64,000 nucleotides of DNA from Phoronis australis (lineage: Eukaryota; Animalia; Phoronida). Below the pieces are notes generated by a model, which saw only the letters and a program-made list of their open reading frames with translations, made no database searches and was not told the DNA's origin. Each line of letters begins with the position of its first letter. Position 1 is the stretch's first letter. The position numbers were made by a program, and so were the translations under genes. Below are positions 22,149-36,934 of the stretch, in pieces. The DNA lies in assembly GCA_002633005.1 (NCBI GenBank), contig NMRA01000006.1, forward strand, positions 562,460 to 626,459, read 5' to 3'.

Positions 22149-25100
22149 TTAACTTGTAGGTAAAAAGTACATTACTAATTTTTGTCTGCAAGAAATAAAC
22201 ACCCATGGGTGATATGTCAGGACGAAGGAACGATACGTTTGATTAGCTTTCTTTAAGCTAGGATCAATATCAATCCTCGATACAGCTCCTAGCTGTAAGA
22301 CAATGCTCGTGTGTTGGTGTGAAAACAAGCTCTTTTATAATAATTATGATCCCGGTCAAATATCACTACAACAATAATCATTATGCCAATTTCATTTTAA
22401 TGGAAAACGAGGCCATTCACTTTTGAATTAGACATGTGTTGCAAACAAAAGCGACATGGATATTATGTTTCACGCCTGTTTGCTATCCCCATGTTTACAG
22501 TAACAAAACAGGCATCTGTGTTTTTCACGAGTGTTTGCATTTGACTGTAAAGGGGCCGGTAAGGTCTTATGTGTATCCTGCGTTTATCAATGAAAGGTTT
22601 TATGTCACTTCAAATAGGTTGTATTAAATCCACAAAACACAGCGCCACAAAAGGTATTGGGCCCGTCGTTAGTGAACATTCAATGTAATGACACGCCATT
22701 GTGTATTTACTGTAAAGCTTAGAACTGGTTCGCGTTCTCAATGGTCGCAGATCAGGTAACGTACGTGTTACGCCGGGGTGTTACGATAGAGTATTTAGCA
22801 TATCGGCAGTCACGAGTTAAGGCTATCGATGTCCGGACCAACTAGTTTCGGCCGATGAGGACAACTGGAAGATCTTATTTTTTATGAGAAACTATAGCTC
22901 TGAAAATCCCGTCTACTAGACGCATTTAATTACCGGCAAACCTCGATTGTCGATAAATTATTCAGATGCACGTCGTTTCCTAATGACTTGCCTCGTTATC
23001 GACAAGAAGTCAAAGAAGTCTCAGTGGATTCGTGAGCAGTGATCGACAATTTTTAGGAACGTCTACAACTTCTGTTTGACTGGTGAGTAGGCTATTTTGT
23101 TCTCTAGCAAACAAAAAATCCCTCAAATTTAGTCCGAGCGGCCTGGGTCCCTCGACGAGGAATTACGGCACGTCCAAGAAACGCTGTCGATGTGATTTGA
23201 ATGTATCCGAATAACATGAGCGTTGCACTCTCTGGCGTCCAATAGCCACGGTGTGCAAACTTGGAGGGGTGGGACTATGTATTCCCCTCCCGTTCATTGC
23301 AAAAATACCTCTCGCATCGTCACTTCAAAACTAGGCTTGTGGCCAGTCATTTCCCTGATCGCCAGTAATTGTGTTTTTGTCCCCCCCCCTCCCGTCCTGT
23401 TAGTATAAACTTCTGGCCACACCACCTGGTCTGGTTGATTATGACATGAATGAAACCATCTCAACAGTAAATTGCATGGCTATTCTCTGGAGATACGCTT
23501 TGGTGCCTTTCGGCCTACAGGTGACTGCTATCGGTGCCCATGTAAGCAAATAATTAAATGTCGAATCACTCCTATACGTGGACCCTATGACGCGACAGGC
23601 ATTTGCAGACATGTTAAAACATCTAACTGAATATTTCGCGACTTTGCATTAGGTCCCGTATTATCCTCAAACATTTCCGTATGTTCTAGGGTCTTTCATC
23701 ATTCAGTTCTGTTGAACGGGAAGCGTTGGATTCAATAATGGCGGAGCTTGGCCTTAGCAAATTTCTTAAATCCGCGCTTTCGGATATTAGTGACTATTCG
23801 TGGCCTAGGCAATTGTTGTGTTTCAAACCCGAATTATTCAAGGTACATGTAGCATGCGCGCACCCAGCCTAAAAATCGGGGTCTCGAATTTTTGAGGATC
23901 TGGACCTTTTACTAATAAAAAACGGGGTACGTTCACAGCAATGGATTGTGCATTCGCCGAATTGTGGTGGCTCCTGCCTTTTTAGTGGACTTTTGTCTCA
24001 TTTTCTACTGTTTTTGGAGTTTTTGTTTTTCTGAGATGGACCTTTTTGCCCACTTCGCCAAAAGCCCGCCTGGGTGTGCGCATGGATAGTTATTGCGTTA
24101 TACAAGCAACTTGATAAACGTATCACCTGTTTGATTTTTGTACGTCCAGAAGCATTTCCAACGTCTTTGTTTTTTTTTTCCAATCTTCCGATTCTCTGAC
24201 CTGTTGGTAGACGTTGTTCTTAATTGTCTTGCATGTATATCTGTTTATACTGCTTCAGGACCCAACTGTCCTTGCACAGCGCTTAAACAGCTGTTCTATT
24301 AATGCAGCGTCAGAAAAGTTTTTCACGAGAATGTTAAATTGAATAGTTTCTCCTATAATTGATTGCTATTTTAAGATACTTGTGACTAAACACAAACGAC
24401 ACGAGCGAATGTGACTATTATTCACACTCAATAACTTAGATAAGCTAAGCTCTGAATAAATGTTTTTGTGTTTAGACACGTCTTAGCAATGCGTCGATTG
24501 GGTCGGAAGGGTATTCTTTGGAATCATTAATGTGAAAAATTTGAATTCGCATTTTGGATGTAGTAGCACATAAAAGTAGTGAAGAGAGAAACCATACATA
24601 AGTGCGCAACCACACAAACACAAGCGAGTACGCCAGTGTACATCTTGGGAATGGGGCAGGCGTTCGGTGGCTAATCTAGCCTGAGCTCAGCAACCGTAAA
24701 TTACCTGTAAGAAGTGCCGTCAAACACATTCAAGGAGAGATGTACTTTGTCCAGGGTAATGCACTTTGATGCAAATTTTCATGGTTTCATCACCATTTTT
24801 ATTGATTTTTTAAATTGAATTTATTGACTACGCTATTTGTTCCAACGTGGTTACAACAATTGATTGAAGATGAAAAATGTCTAGACTGCAAGTCAAGGTA
24901 GAATTCGACCTTTACTTTTATTTGCACTAAAGAAACCGGAGAACTAATCAATTCCTATTCAGTATTTCAAAATAGACCTGCAGGCCCCGAGAGTACAAAA
25001 CTCTCTAGAACGTGTTCAACTACAGGTTGTCTCAAAAATGTATTCACGCTTCGAATGGCATGGAACTTCACTAATTTTCTCATTGACTTAGAAACAATAT

Positions 25101-27708
25101 TACAAAGGTAGGGACGAAGAAGGGAATTTAATTCGTTTTAATTTTTTTCAAAGACTTAATTTTCAGGCTTTAAAACGAAACATTGACTTGGTTTTTGCAC
25201 GCAATAAATTTTCGTTCTCCAAAACTGAGCCGCTAGTCTGCCATTCCTCTGTATACGGCAGTCACCGAGTGTGGATACCGTCTCGTCCACGAGTCGGCTC
25301 AGCGAGAGTTACCAAACAACAGGAACTTGAAATACACGACATTTCGTGTGTCGGCTCACGAAATAGTTCGGGGAGACAATTTACGAGTTGGGATAGCAGA
25401 AGAAATGCAACACATTTGTCTAAAGCAGAAACGGTCACTTAACATTTCGTTCGAAACTCTAGGGATTACATGATAATGCTATTCTTACTTTGGCTTACAT
25501 GTGTTGTCTCGGGTAGACTTGTTGGCGTTGTCTTCTCGAATTTGTACCTGAGATACACCTAAGGATCGGCTGGGGTTGGAATATAAAACTTTTGACTGCT
25601 CAAGGGGTGGGACATGGGCAAAAGTGGTAGCGACCGGGAAGAATGCATTAGCCTTGTCGTGGACTTGGTATCGTCGAGGTATTCATTGCGCAGGTTATCC
25701 ACGTACATCTTCGGGCGATTCGATATTCACCAGGTGGAACTAATAAAAAAGTCCCGTTTTGGCATCTGAGCAGAAAGTAGGGTAGAGTTTCGTTCACGCA
25801 AGAATCTTGCGAAACAACGTAGTATGACCACGTGCGAGTCTAGCAACTTCTTGCTTTTCTAGATTCACGGAACGCAGGCCAGCTCCACGGGATAGTGGCG
25901 TTCCTTTGGTGTTTTAGGAATCCACATGATTTACCTGAAAGCCGGAGTTTCTATGGGAATGTCATTTGCTTTATTTGTAAAACCCAGTGAACTACGATTA
26001 CCCCCATTGCGTATGTAGTCAGGATTTTTAATTCTTAAAGACTTTTTCATTCGTAAGTTTCACATGAGCTTAGTGACAGATAAGCAAAAATCAGTTGCTT
26101 TTCATGACACGGCGTTCAAACTCACGAACACACACGCACACCCATCCACGCATACCCACCCACACGCACACCCACAAAACGTGCATATTTACCCAAACAT
26201 AAACATATTTTTGTGCACGCACACAGCACGCGCACACATAAAATTATACGCTCACCAACAAGACCCTCCCTCCCAATTCGAATTAATCCTACTTTGGAGG
26301 CCGTGGAAATGCAACGTTAGCTATTTGTTTCCCATAGCACGCGAATAAAACAGTAATATATTTTGTTTAAAAATTGGAAAACGGCGTATTGGTCAAACCT
26401 AGCGGGATTCCTCACACCCAGCGCATTCACCCAGACAGGAGGATGGGAGTTAAGGAATGTTGATGCGTTTGTCGTGTTGAAGAATCAACTGATTAAAGCA
26501 AACGGAACAAATTGTTCAGAACCCAGTAGATAACGATGGTACTTTGGAACAAGTACGTGTACGCTAATGATTTGCTTTCAGCGTGTGGAACATCGACAAG
26601 TGCTTCCTTAAATGAATAGACAAAAGAGTGCTTGCTGAACAAAAAGAGTTGTTGAAAATGACAAAGTTTTAGGTTTGTGTAAACATTAGGAGCTTTAAAA
26701 CTGACGTGTATTGCTTACGATATTTGTTCACCGTTGCAGTGCGATTAGTTGGTCAATGACTTTTTGCAAACCTCCGAGTCTCAGGTAGAAGAGTGACGCG
26801 CTGTCTAACGGCAAACTTATTTGAATGTTATTCCTTGGTAAGCTTTTTAAATATTACACCCATTCTACCAAATTAGTACTAACTTTTAAATACAGAACAG
26901 TGACGGATCCAGGATTTTTTAGTTAGGGGGGTTGGGGGCAGAGCAGAGTATTAGCCAGGATTTTTGGGATGATTTTAGGGGGAAGCCATGGCCACTTTGC
27001 CCCCACCCCCAAATTCGCTACTGCATGTATGGGTTTGAGTGGGTAAAAGCATTTAATATAGTAGGAAGCCTGCAGTCGTACGACAAATGTGTCGGCAAAT
27101 ACACAAAAACCTTTGTCGGTCGCACGGCACCACCGTCTTGTCGCTTCCTCTTCAGCATCGTGAGACGAAAAAAAATCGCACGTGTTTGACATGGGCTTTA
27201 GCCGACATTGGTTGCTGGCGAAGGCGAGTCGGTAGTACTAGAATTAGAACAATCAGGGGAGATTATTACACTGTCCAATCGGGGCTGCTTCCCCATTAAT
27301 TTGATTCGACCGTTAATATCCACCGCATATCTTCCCTGGTACTTTTAATCAAGCCCGGATTGAGGGACTTAACCCAGTTTATTACAACAAACCTGCAGTA
27401 TCCGACTATGTTGTATAGAACAGGCGTGTAGGGGCCATGTCGACCCAGGAAAGCCACAACGCCCCCGTAAAAATCACAACAGACCAAGGGAAATTACTCC
27501 TCTACACAGAATTCACAACCGCCGCGGTCTCACACACCCAGGCATTTACGTATATTTTTTCTTGAAGAGAGATTTTTGTTTATCTTATTGCAGCGGCAAT
27601 TGAGTGAAATTTTTGTACAAGTAAATGCGAGAGACTTGAGGAAAAGATAGTTATACATGGAACAATTTGGTTCGTGTAATTTATCCAATTTGGGGCACAC
27701 CGTGTGGT

Positions 27709-27846
27709 CAGCGCTGTAGTGGGGCGTAGGCGCACGTAGGCGCAGCTAACCCCATTTTGGCATTTGAACGTAGCGCCTACGCACCGCAGTACTCAATGTG
27801 ATACGGTGGGCTTTGGGCTCCTACTTACATGTACCTTACAGCGCTG
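27709..27846. mobile_element. Small MITE
   Basis: Terminal inverted repeat CAGCGCTGTA / TACAGCGCTG; internal GCGTAGGCGC / GCGCCTACGC pair. Confidence 0.6.
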
Positions 27847-30800
27847 CGTCTAGTTAACGAAAAGGACAGCAAACACTTTTTAGCCCATTAGCTTCCATTG
27901 GATCACATAAGTATTTGAATATAGTAAAGCATCCTAACCCTCATCAAAGGTAAATTGATTGGAGCAAGTTTGAAAACTCCTTACAATGGCTGATTGGTCG
28001 GCTAACGCTAGTGGCAAGTTAAGGTAAAAATGGTTCTCTTTTAGGAATTGTTTCTATAATGTTAAAGGGGAAAGCAGGGTTAGTTGAAACAGTTTTCACT
28101 CGAATGACAATTTCGACCAAATTGTAAGGGTGTTTAACTTGATAATATGCATAGTGGCAGCTCAATCTTCCAATGTGAAATCCTACATCTCAAAGACTGT
28201 TTCCCTGTAGTAAGCGTTACAAAGCGGTTGTAGAGCGCTATAATTTGCCCCGCGTTTGAGGCGCACTGTAACACACCGTGGGTATACTGGACGTAACGCA
28301 ATGCGTGTTACTTAAATTGCAGTGTTCTGTAAACATAGATATTCTTAATTCTTACATTTTCGTTTGTTCATTATGTGTTCAAAGCAGTCATTTGCAACCC
28401 TCTGGATAAAACAGATAGCGTGCGTGTTTAAATTGAAAAACATGAAAATGCGATGGGCGTTAACCTGAGATTGGATTTATCAAAAGGCATTTTTAAAAAG
28501 CATGTGGTTAGCGCTTACCTAAACAACTGGTTTGAATTTATGTGCACACCGTTATGTCAGCTTCTTCACACGCAACAGCAAAACTACATCGCTTGGCTAT
28601 TGATCATGCACTTTGTGATGGCTGTGGGCAGCGGTTGCAGCTATGCAAGTTTTGTAAGTATAGGCATCTGAAATGCTCCGTAGATGGGTTTTCACTGTAA
28701 GGACATGGGCGAAAGTTACGAATGCATCAACTGAGGTTAGGCATTTATGCTACGCGTGTGCGTTTAAAAGTGAACATTCCGAAAAAATCTGGAATCAGTC
28801 GTGCACATATTCGGCGGTCAGTCGCGCGAATTAAAGTAGAATGCCACCCCTATTTTATTAGTCTGTTTTACCGTCTTAATCGGTCTATATCCACATCACC
28901 TCGTATACTGTCGATCTTACCTCGCCGAGATGTACGTGTCGCGTTAACCTGCGAGGAAGGTGAAAAACGACGCAGCGACGTCCGTGGTTCTTCTGCAAAG
29001 TAAGTTCTACGGTGTCGTTTATCGTTCACGCTTGTGCGAGCTATGAAGGGCGAGGAAAGCAGATATATCGTTTTTTCGATTTCCTCGAGAGCCTATCATG
29101 CTTCGGAAGTGGCCCGAGGCAGTAAAGAATGAAAAGTACGCCATTAATACAAAGTATGTTTCTGTCACTGGACTGCATTTTGTTGGATCGGTTGTTAATC
29201 GGTTTTTGATTATGGAGAATTGTAGGTGGTCATGAAAACATAAACAATTACAATAAATTCGGACTTTGTTCGTGAGGCTTCTGTTTGGTCCTCTGGGTGT
29301 AGAACGTTTTCGCCAGTTCTTTTTCTCAGTCCTAAATGAACGTTGTAAGCACACCGCTGTTTAGATGCGGTGCAAAACAAGGATGGTCCTTGAGACACAT
29401 CTCCGTGCTTCTCCAAAAAGGCGTTTCACTTGCGGAATTTCATGGCAGCAAACGCAAGCGTCAGTCGTTTCCATTATCGTGCAGTTAGCTCACTAACACC
29501 ATGACAAGCCATTCAAACGGCTTTTGGAACTACCCATATGTTCCGTTGTCTGTGCACGTTCACAGAGCGTCTCTTTTGTTTCTTCATCAGTGTATTCCTG
29601 TGAAACCTAACGATCGACCTGTGAAGTCTTCGTCGGACTGAGCACTCGTCTCGCGGGATTGCGAGTTGCCACGTTGACGTTTATTATTGTGCGTTCCGTT
29701 ACAAAATCAATTATTCTAACCCTAACAAATTCTTATATAAAACTGAAACAAAGTCTGTCTCAGATACAATTTGTGATGCCTTGGAGCGTTCATGAGTGCA
29801 AATATTTGAGACGCCAGCAATGAATAAATCATTGCGTTACCGGCTTTGGATGCAAAAAACTATTGAATTCACCAGGCACCGAGGCCGTGCGAGCGCATGT
29901 TAATTCAGTGTTTGCTGACAGAAAGCTGTTGTGAAACAATAACTCGATTTTTTATTATGTGGTCATATGATGGGGGAATCTTTATTTAGATATTCTTATA
30001 CATTATTCGAATCATTGTTACTGTACAACTTTTGCCCTGACGGTTCTGTGGAAGGGTAACGTGACTTCGCGGCCCGCAACGAGCTAGTAAGTAGATTTGC
30101 AGTTTCGCAGATAATTCACAAAATAATCACGTGCACATTTTTCTTTGGCTCATTAATATAGTCTTTACGTGACTGGACGTTTAGTTTCCACCTTTGGTCT
30201 GGTTTATGTTCGTGGTGTCTTCAGTCCGGCCGCGATGGGCCTGATCGGGTTCCGAGCCATTAGCCAGGATAGCAAGCGTGTGTTTAGAATCGAAAAAAAT
30301 CGCAAGTCTAAAATTACAACACACAGATATGTTTTCCTGTTTGTATTTCACGGACGAATAATTTGAATTATTACCGAACAGACCCCAAACAGCCGTGGCT
30401 GACCTTGGTAAATTGGTCTAGTACCGAACTTTGTAGGCTACGATACGTTAAAATACCTAAAATCCGTAACAGTGAAATAAAATAACACGTTTGTTCAATA
30501 ACTCGATGTATTTGTAAGGGTTTGATGATTTATTGGTGTAAATCGATGAATTCAAGCGATAACCTGACATCAGTAAGCGTGTTGTTAAGTGCTGAGCAGA
30601 CTGCGGCATTCGAACCTCTGACGTCATAGGTTAATTTCAACACCCCTGTCTGCCGTCAGGTGGGAAGTTAAAGAGCTGTACATGCTGTTACCGAGTGGAA
30701 CTAGTCGATCTAAATTGAAACAAAAAAGTTTTTTGGGAGGCATTCTCCTTTAAGGGAAGCAGCTTTAACTCAAAATGTTAAAACGTCGGAATCTAACGGT

Positions 30801-31188
30801 ATTAAATGTTATTTATTCAATACCTGGTAATTTGATGCGTTTCATCAAGGTGAGTCTTTAAATTTATCTTTTGTTGCAGGTAGCCACAAGGAAAACGTTA
30901 AATTGGGCATAATCGTCCGCTCCGGGACTTATAGAAACTTTGCAGAGCAAGGATACAATTTACGTGCCATTTCCTCAAGGGTCAGTGAATATTGAGGCCA
31001 TCAGTTAGGCGCAGCCTATTGAAAGCGCTCTAAAGATGAGATTGACGCAGTGTTATTACAGATGAAATAACCAGAGTTCCTTTTGTCAAAACAAAAAAGA
31101 AAAGCGACAGCGAGTGAATTCCGGACCCGCAGTCAAGCGTCCCTGATGTACTCGAGCGAAGTGATAGCTGTTAAGACGACAAGTCGAG

Positions 31189-34100
31189 ATGATGACGGAA
31201 CCGAGAGGTTTGAGACAGCTAGAATTGAGGAGTGAAACGGGTCCGCAGGTAATACTAACATGTTCTGTATTGTTTTTATATACATTAGTGACCAGTAAGT
31301 GGGACGACGTATCAGGTCTACTGCCTGGGAAGGATGGGTCTCGATTTCGAGTCGTGCCGCAGTTTAGGAAAACTTAGTTATTTTTCCCTCGGAACTTAAG
31401 CACCTAGGATTATAATAAACAAATCTCTCAGTTAAGCACCTTTCGATGTACGCCATCTGTGTACATGAGCATCTACTCCACCGACCGGTTATTTTCGACC
31501 CAAAGTCATGAAATAGGCAGATTCACTCCAAAGAATTGTCGAAAATTTGTCATTGTCATGACAGGTGCGATTTCTATCATTAAACGAAATTGCGTTTGGT
31601 ATCGACTGATTTTATGGAGTATCTCAGATTTCAACTGCCTTCAATGTGACCGTCCTGAATGTTCCGTTTGGGAAGGAAATTACTTCTATTTGAAAAGTGT
31701 CGCATTCCTGTATTGAAAGTGATTGAGAAACCCGGTACTTAAGGTCATTGTAATACTTACATGACTTGTATCTGTGCACTCATTGAATGGACTAATTTTT
31801 CAGGCTATATTTTGTATGTGTCTATTTATTGTCTGCAGTAAGTCATGAGGGCATAGAGACATTAATCCCGCGCTTTCTGTCAACAGAATAACTGTTCGGT
31901 TGTTATTGTTTCAGTCTAGGCTTGTTCTCTTTAATATGAAGATGAGGGCTTCAACTTTGAAATTGAAGGTGGCAAAATGGAAAGAATAATTTATGTTAAA
32001 ACTAGAAACCTGAAACAGCGTTTAGTAGTTACAGAAGATTTGATCACTTTCAAACGCATGTTCCTGTGAATTGAAATGGGTCCATGGCTTTAAGAGGGAC
32101 AGCTGATCTGGTGCTTTGTGATTCTTTACTTTTTATTCCCAGTAGAACTGGAATAAAAATCCTCTGAGGATGTTTACAACAACACCTCGTCAATACGTAG
32201 ACTCAAACAGATAACTTCCCAGTTACACGGCTGTCATCAAAGAATGAACAGTTATTTCAAAGCGTGGAGATTATTCCACACTTATGACTTAAGTGAAAAT
32301 CTCGAGATCCAAAGTCTTTTATCAGCAAACTTTAATACCCAATAACTGTCCAATTTAATGCGACGATAACGCAACTCAGATAGCGCACACAGACCGAACT
32401 CTAAACAAACACTGCTGCGGTGACCATTAATGTTAAAACGACGATAAGAAGACTTTTTACACATTAAATTATTGGATTATGTCTGAGCATTGTTCAAACA
32501 AGTGCCAAGGATCCAATAACTTGGGGATGTTTTTCCCAGCAACAATATTATTGTGCCATGGAGACGAATGAAAAGGCCTCATCCTGAAGTACTACAGCCC
32601 TACTCTCATTCGAATGCAACACATGTGTTTAGCACGGGTCCCGCTTTTTCGCTTGCAACTGTTATAAATTCAACAAGTATCGCTCATCCTAATTATTATG
32701 CAAACGTAATTCACCATAGTTATGCAGGAAAAATTGCATTATTGCATTTTGACTTGCAGTGTTTAAACCAAGAAACTGATAAAAAGCCACTTATTAGTGC
32801 CAAATGCGTTATGTGCGGTATTTTTCTTCTCGGGAGTGTCTGACAGTTCGAAAACTAGTAGGTCAATCACGCAATCCATGTTTCTATCTCCGCCACGTAG
32901 GAGAGTTGAATTCAGGACGAGCCTGGGACATACACAGAACACAGCCTGAATATATGAAGTCCCTCAATCTATAATACACACGTGTCTTGTTATCATGGTC
33001 ATAAACCGCGACAGTGTCATGTTGATTGGAATTGTCGAATCTCTGACGTATAAAATATAAAACGTTCCGCAACACTAACGACCAATGACACAAAGGCGTT
33101 AAAAAAATTGTTTATTCTTTGCCAGACAGGTGAACTGTGTCACTTACAAATTCTGAATCATGTGTCTTTTACATAATATTCAGTCTTTTCGATGTGACAT
33201 ATACAGCATTTAGTCTAAGTGAGAAGATAATTATTAGCACGCCTACCAAGGGGACACCACCAGGGCCGTGTACCATATTCTATAGGATGAGCAGCCACTA
33301 CAGATTTTAGTAGTGACGTTGAAAAGGAAATATTAGAGGAATTTAGATTCTAAGCTTAGCACACGCAGAAATATATACTCGACCTGTCTAGGGCCTGGCC
33401 AAGCGTGAGTGCAGTATGTAGTCTATTATTTATCGTTTATTTTAAGCGGCCGTGTTATAAAATACGTCCGCAGAATATATATTGTTATCGTCACTATCAG
33501 TGAATGTTGAATTGTCAATTTTTACATTCTCATGCATGTATGTTAAGCACCCAATTTTGTTACACGTGAGAGGCATGGGGGTCCTCACTACTGCGGGTCA
33601 GCACAGCGTTTTTGCTGAAAAGTTTATTTCGTGTTTTCAACAAACGAATTCAATAAAACCAAGCACTTCTGATCTTTTACGCCAATAGAAATGAGCCATT
33701 TTTTTAGAGATATAGGCCCTACGAATATTCTTTTTAACCAAAACTGTGACCTTAGCTACCTGTATGAGTGATTGTTACAGCGATTTGTTTTACCTAATTT
33801 ATCTAAGGAACAGTTTGAGAAGAATTCCATAACATTGAGTGGTTTGAATCAAAAGCTACCTTTTGAGACGGAAAGAGGATGTTTTGTCGCTTTAAACCAT
33901 GCTCGGCACATAGATATACCAGCCGGGTCAAGCCAGCTTATGGCAATCTGCCAGTTCTTCCGAAACCTATTACTTCTAATATGAATGCAAGACCACTCCT
34001 CGGTAAGTGAACTAAACCAAATTACATTTCAATGTTTCGCCTGTCATGCAGCTTTGATTTGTACTTTCCTAATAGAGTCTAATATTCACATCTTTCAGAT

Positions 34101-35583
34101 AAAGACTAAGTCACTGCGGGAAGAAATGAGCACAAAGAGGAAACTGAATCAATACGAGAAAGATTTCAACATTCAGGTCTCTAGAATTGCGTCGCAAGAA
34201 AAACAACTGCGAAATTCCATGAAGGCATATAGTGACAAAATGGCGACGGTTTCCCGCAGTACTAGAGCGAGGCAAGCATTTGTCCTGCCCGAGGGACCAA
34301 CGGAAGTTGACGATAGTCCACTTCTCGTTCGTGCGCGGCATATTTCGAGACAGAAACCTCTGGCAAAATTGAAAGGTGAGAAAGAGCGCTTGGACATGCT
34401 ACGTGATCATTTGAGCAGGTCATTTGACGGCGTACAAGAGAAAATAACACCACGTGACGGTCGGAGAGACGATCGCCTGAGGCGAAGTTTGCCAAATATG
34501 AAGCTGGAAAGTCTGCCGAAAAACAAGGAGGATTATCAAATGAAACTAGTTAGCGCTTCAGACTTGTTTGACATCGTAGATAATCCTAACTCGATACACG
34601 GTTCTCACGTCAGAAGGGGGAATGTCCGATTAGAGCCGTTGGACGGCCGATCGAAACCTGTTGATCCGAAAGACATTGTCATTGATTCAGAGAAAAAGCC
34701 ACTGGCCAAAGCGGGAAATGTAAAATATACAATTATAAGAACTAAGCGAGGTCATTCGAAAACCGAACAGGTAGTCGTAGAAATAAGCAAACCAACAAAA
34801 ATTCCTGCACTTTTGAATTCTGGTCTGCGACCTGAAGACTTCGGCATTAAAACTAGGAATTCAAAACAGGTCGAAGAAAATGAGAAGGGACGTTTGATTC
34901 GTGTTCTCGAACGAGGAAACGATAGCGAGTACAATACTTCAGACACTGACGAGCAGCTGAGTACGCGGCGTGTGCAGTCTACGGCCGTGCCTAATCCCGT
35001 CGATAACACGAGTGATAACAAAAATAGCAACACTGACGAAGATCGAAATGTGCCAAAAGAAGCTGTTCGGTTTAGTCCAGATGAGTTTGATAAACAATTG
35101 CGTGCAGCGATAAGCAAGTCTAAAAAAGCAAAGAGAATGAAAATGCGCGCTCCAAATCTTGGAGCCATACCGGAGGACATTAGCGAATCCGAAGACGAGG
35201 ATGACGCGGAAGCACGTGATCACGATAACTCTGCTTACGAATCTCACCGAAAAATTCCTCGCCGATCTAGCCCGAGTGACGGTACTTTTAGTTCAATATC
35301 GTTGCAACCCATGTTGGCAGCAATTCCGGAACTGCCGTCGTCGCACGTCATTGACAGTGGGGTACATAAAAGCTTGAACGCAATAAAAGTGATGCGAAAA
35401 ACTGGATCGAAAGAGGAATTATTAAAACACCAACAGGACTCTACGCGAAACGTTTCCATGGCTACCCAACATTTTGATGGCCAGATGTTAATGAAAGAAA
35501 GTAAAAAGACTCGCGCTAGGAGAAATATGAGGTCTGGTAATAACAAAATGATGAAACTTAAGTTTTTGAAAGATATAAGTTGA
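31189..35583 (+). CDS. Uncharacterised ~514-aa protein, N-terminal coiled coil plus long basic/disordered region; exons 31189-31248 and 34099-35583
   Basis: 1.6-kb open frame 33985-35583. Acceptor TCTTTCAG| at 34098 is phase 0 and joins the upstream exon MMTEPRGLRQLELRSETGPQ|gtaata. AATAAA at 35921. The first exon is inferred. Confidence 0.75.
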
Positions 35584-36934
35584 CAGCTACCAGCGTTTGT
35601 ATTTTGTGCATGTAGTTAACGCAAATTAAGGACTCACTTCCTCATGAATTTTTGGTGTAATCTCAGGGACAAAGATCAGTAATTACTGATCATAAATCGA
35701 CAGCACCCCTCTCGATCAAGGTGGGGGTGTAGTTCCGCCCTCTCTCCCACAGCTTACTTAGTCACTTTTGTGAACCCTTCCTCTGGTCATGATCTTGGAT
35801 CCGCTCCTGAAACAATAGATTTATTAGAGTTTACAGCAAAATTCCTTGATCGGTTGTATAATTTTCTTCATCAAAACCACAGCTTAGTGCTAGCCGACTC
35901 CAAGTAGGTTTTTGTCAAGAAATAAAACACGCAACGCATTCGTTGCCGTTCAATTTGAGGGCCTGTCATTTGAAACGAGAATATAAAATGACTGGAGTCA
36001 TCCAAAAAAACAACCAACGAACTGATTTCTCAAAAAGCTTCCTGTTTTCTACTAAACAATTTTCGTAATGGTAGGCAGTGGTCAATCAAAAATCGTCATC
36101 ATCTGTTACAAAATCTGCCTGGAGACGACTTTAAAACTACGCTTACGTGCTTAGTGAATGCTCAAGTATGCATTCTCAGTTATGGCCCTGGGTGTGTTGG
36201 TAATTTCCGGTCCGCCATTGTTTTGTAAGTTGAGTGTATGTAACTAACAGAGACAGAAATGTGTCTCAGTACATACATGCAACAGTCTCTGCTCAAAATA
36301 TCCTCAGGGAAGGTTCCTGTGGCCATCCCGAACTGTTCGTTCAATATCCTGCACCAAGCCTCAATAATTTTTGGTCGCCCAATGTTACGAGCACCACAGT
36401 CAGTCAGGTACTCTCATAGGTGAAAACATCTTTATGTTTCGCTTTCAAAATGTGAAGTTTGGAGAAAACGTTGAAGTAGATTGACAGCGTAAATTATATC
36501 AGCAATGCTATCAACGAAGTACTTGCCAGTGATTCGAACTGAAATGAAAAGTTTTTATCTTGTCCGGGACAGAGGCTAAAAACAACATTGCTAAATAAGC
36601 CTGATTCATTGTCGACTATTGTTTGCTTGTTTGTATGTTTATTTATTGACATGTGTGTATTGCATTGTTTTTGGCATGTCTATGTTTTTGGTTACATTTG
36701 TTGATAAGATCTACAAGGAGGAAAGTAAAAAAATACCAGACTGTTTATGCCTGAGCTCGACTTTACATCTATCATGAAGACCAATGAAAATTGTACTAAG
36801 CGCAGAGAAAATATACCGTGAGTGCAGATCCCTTAAACTAATAACCTTCAGCTTGGGGCCTCGTCCAAAAGAGTGGCCCCACCTTGTAGAAACAAGATTG
36901 GTGTCTCTATAAATCTATCATTGTAGTCACGTGC

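Noticed and set aside
34111-35546. Several minus-strand ORFs of 74-142 aa
   Set aside because: Antisense shadows of the long plus-strand exon
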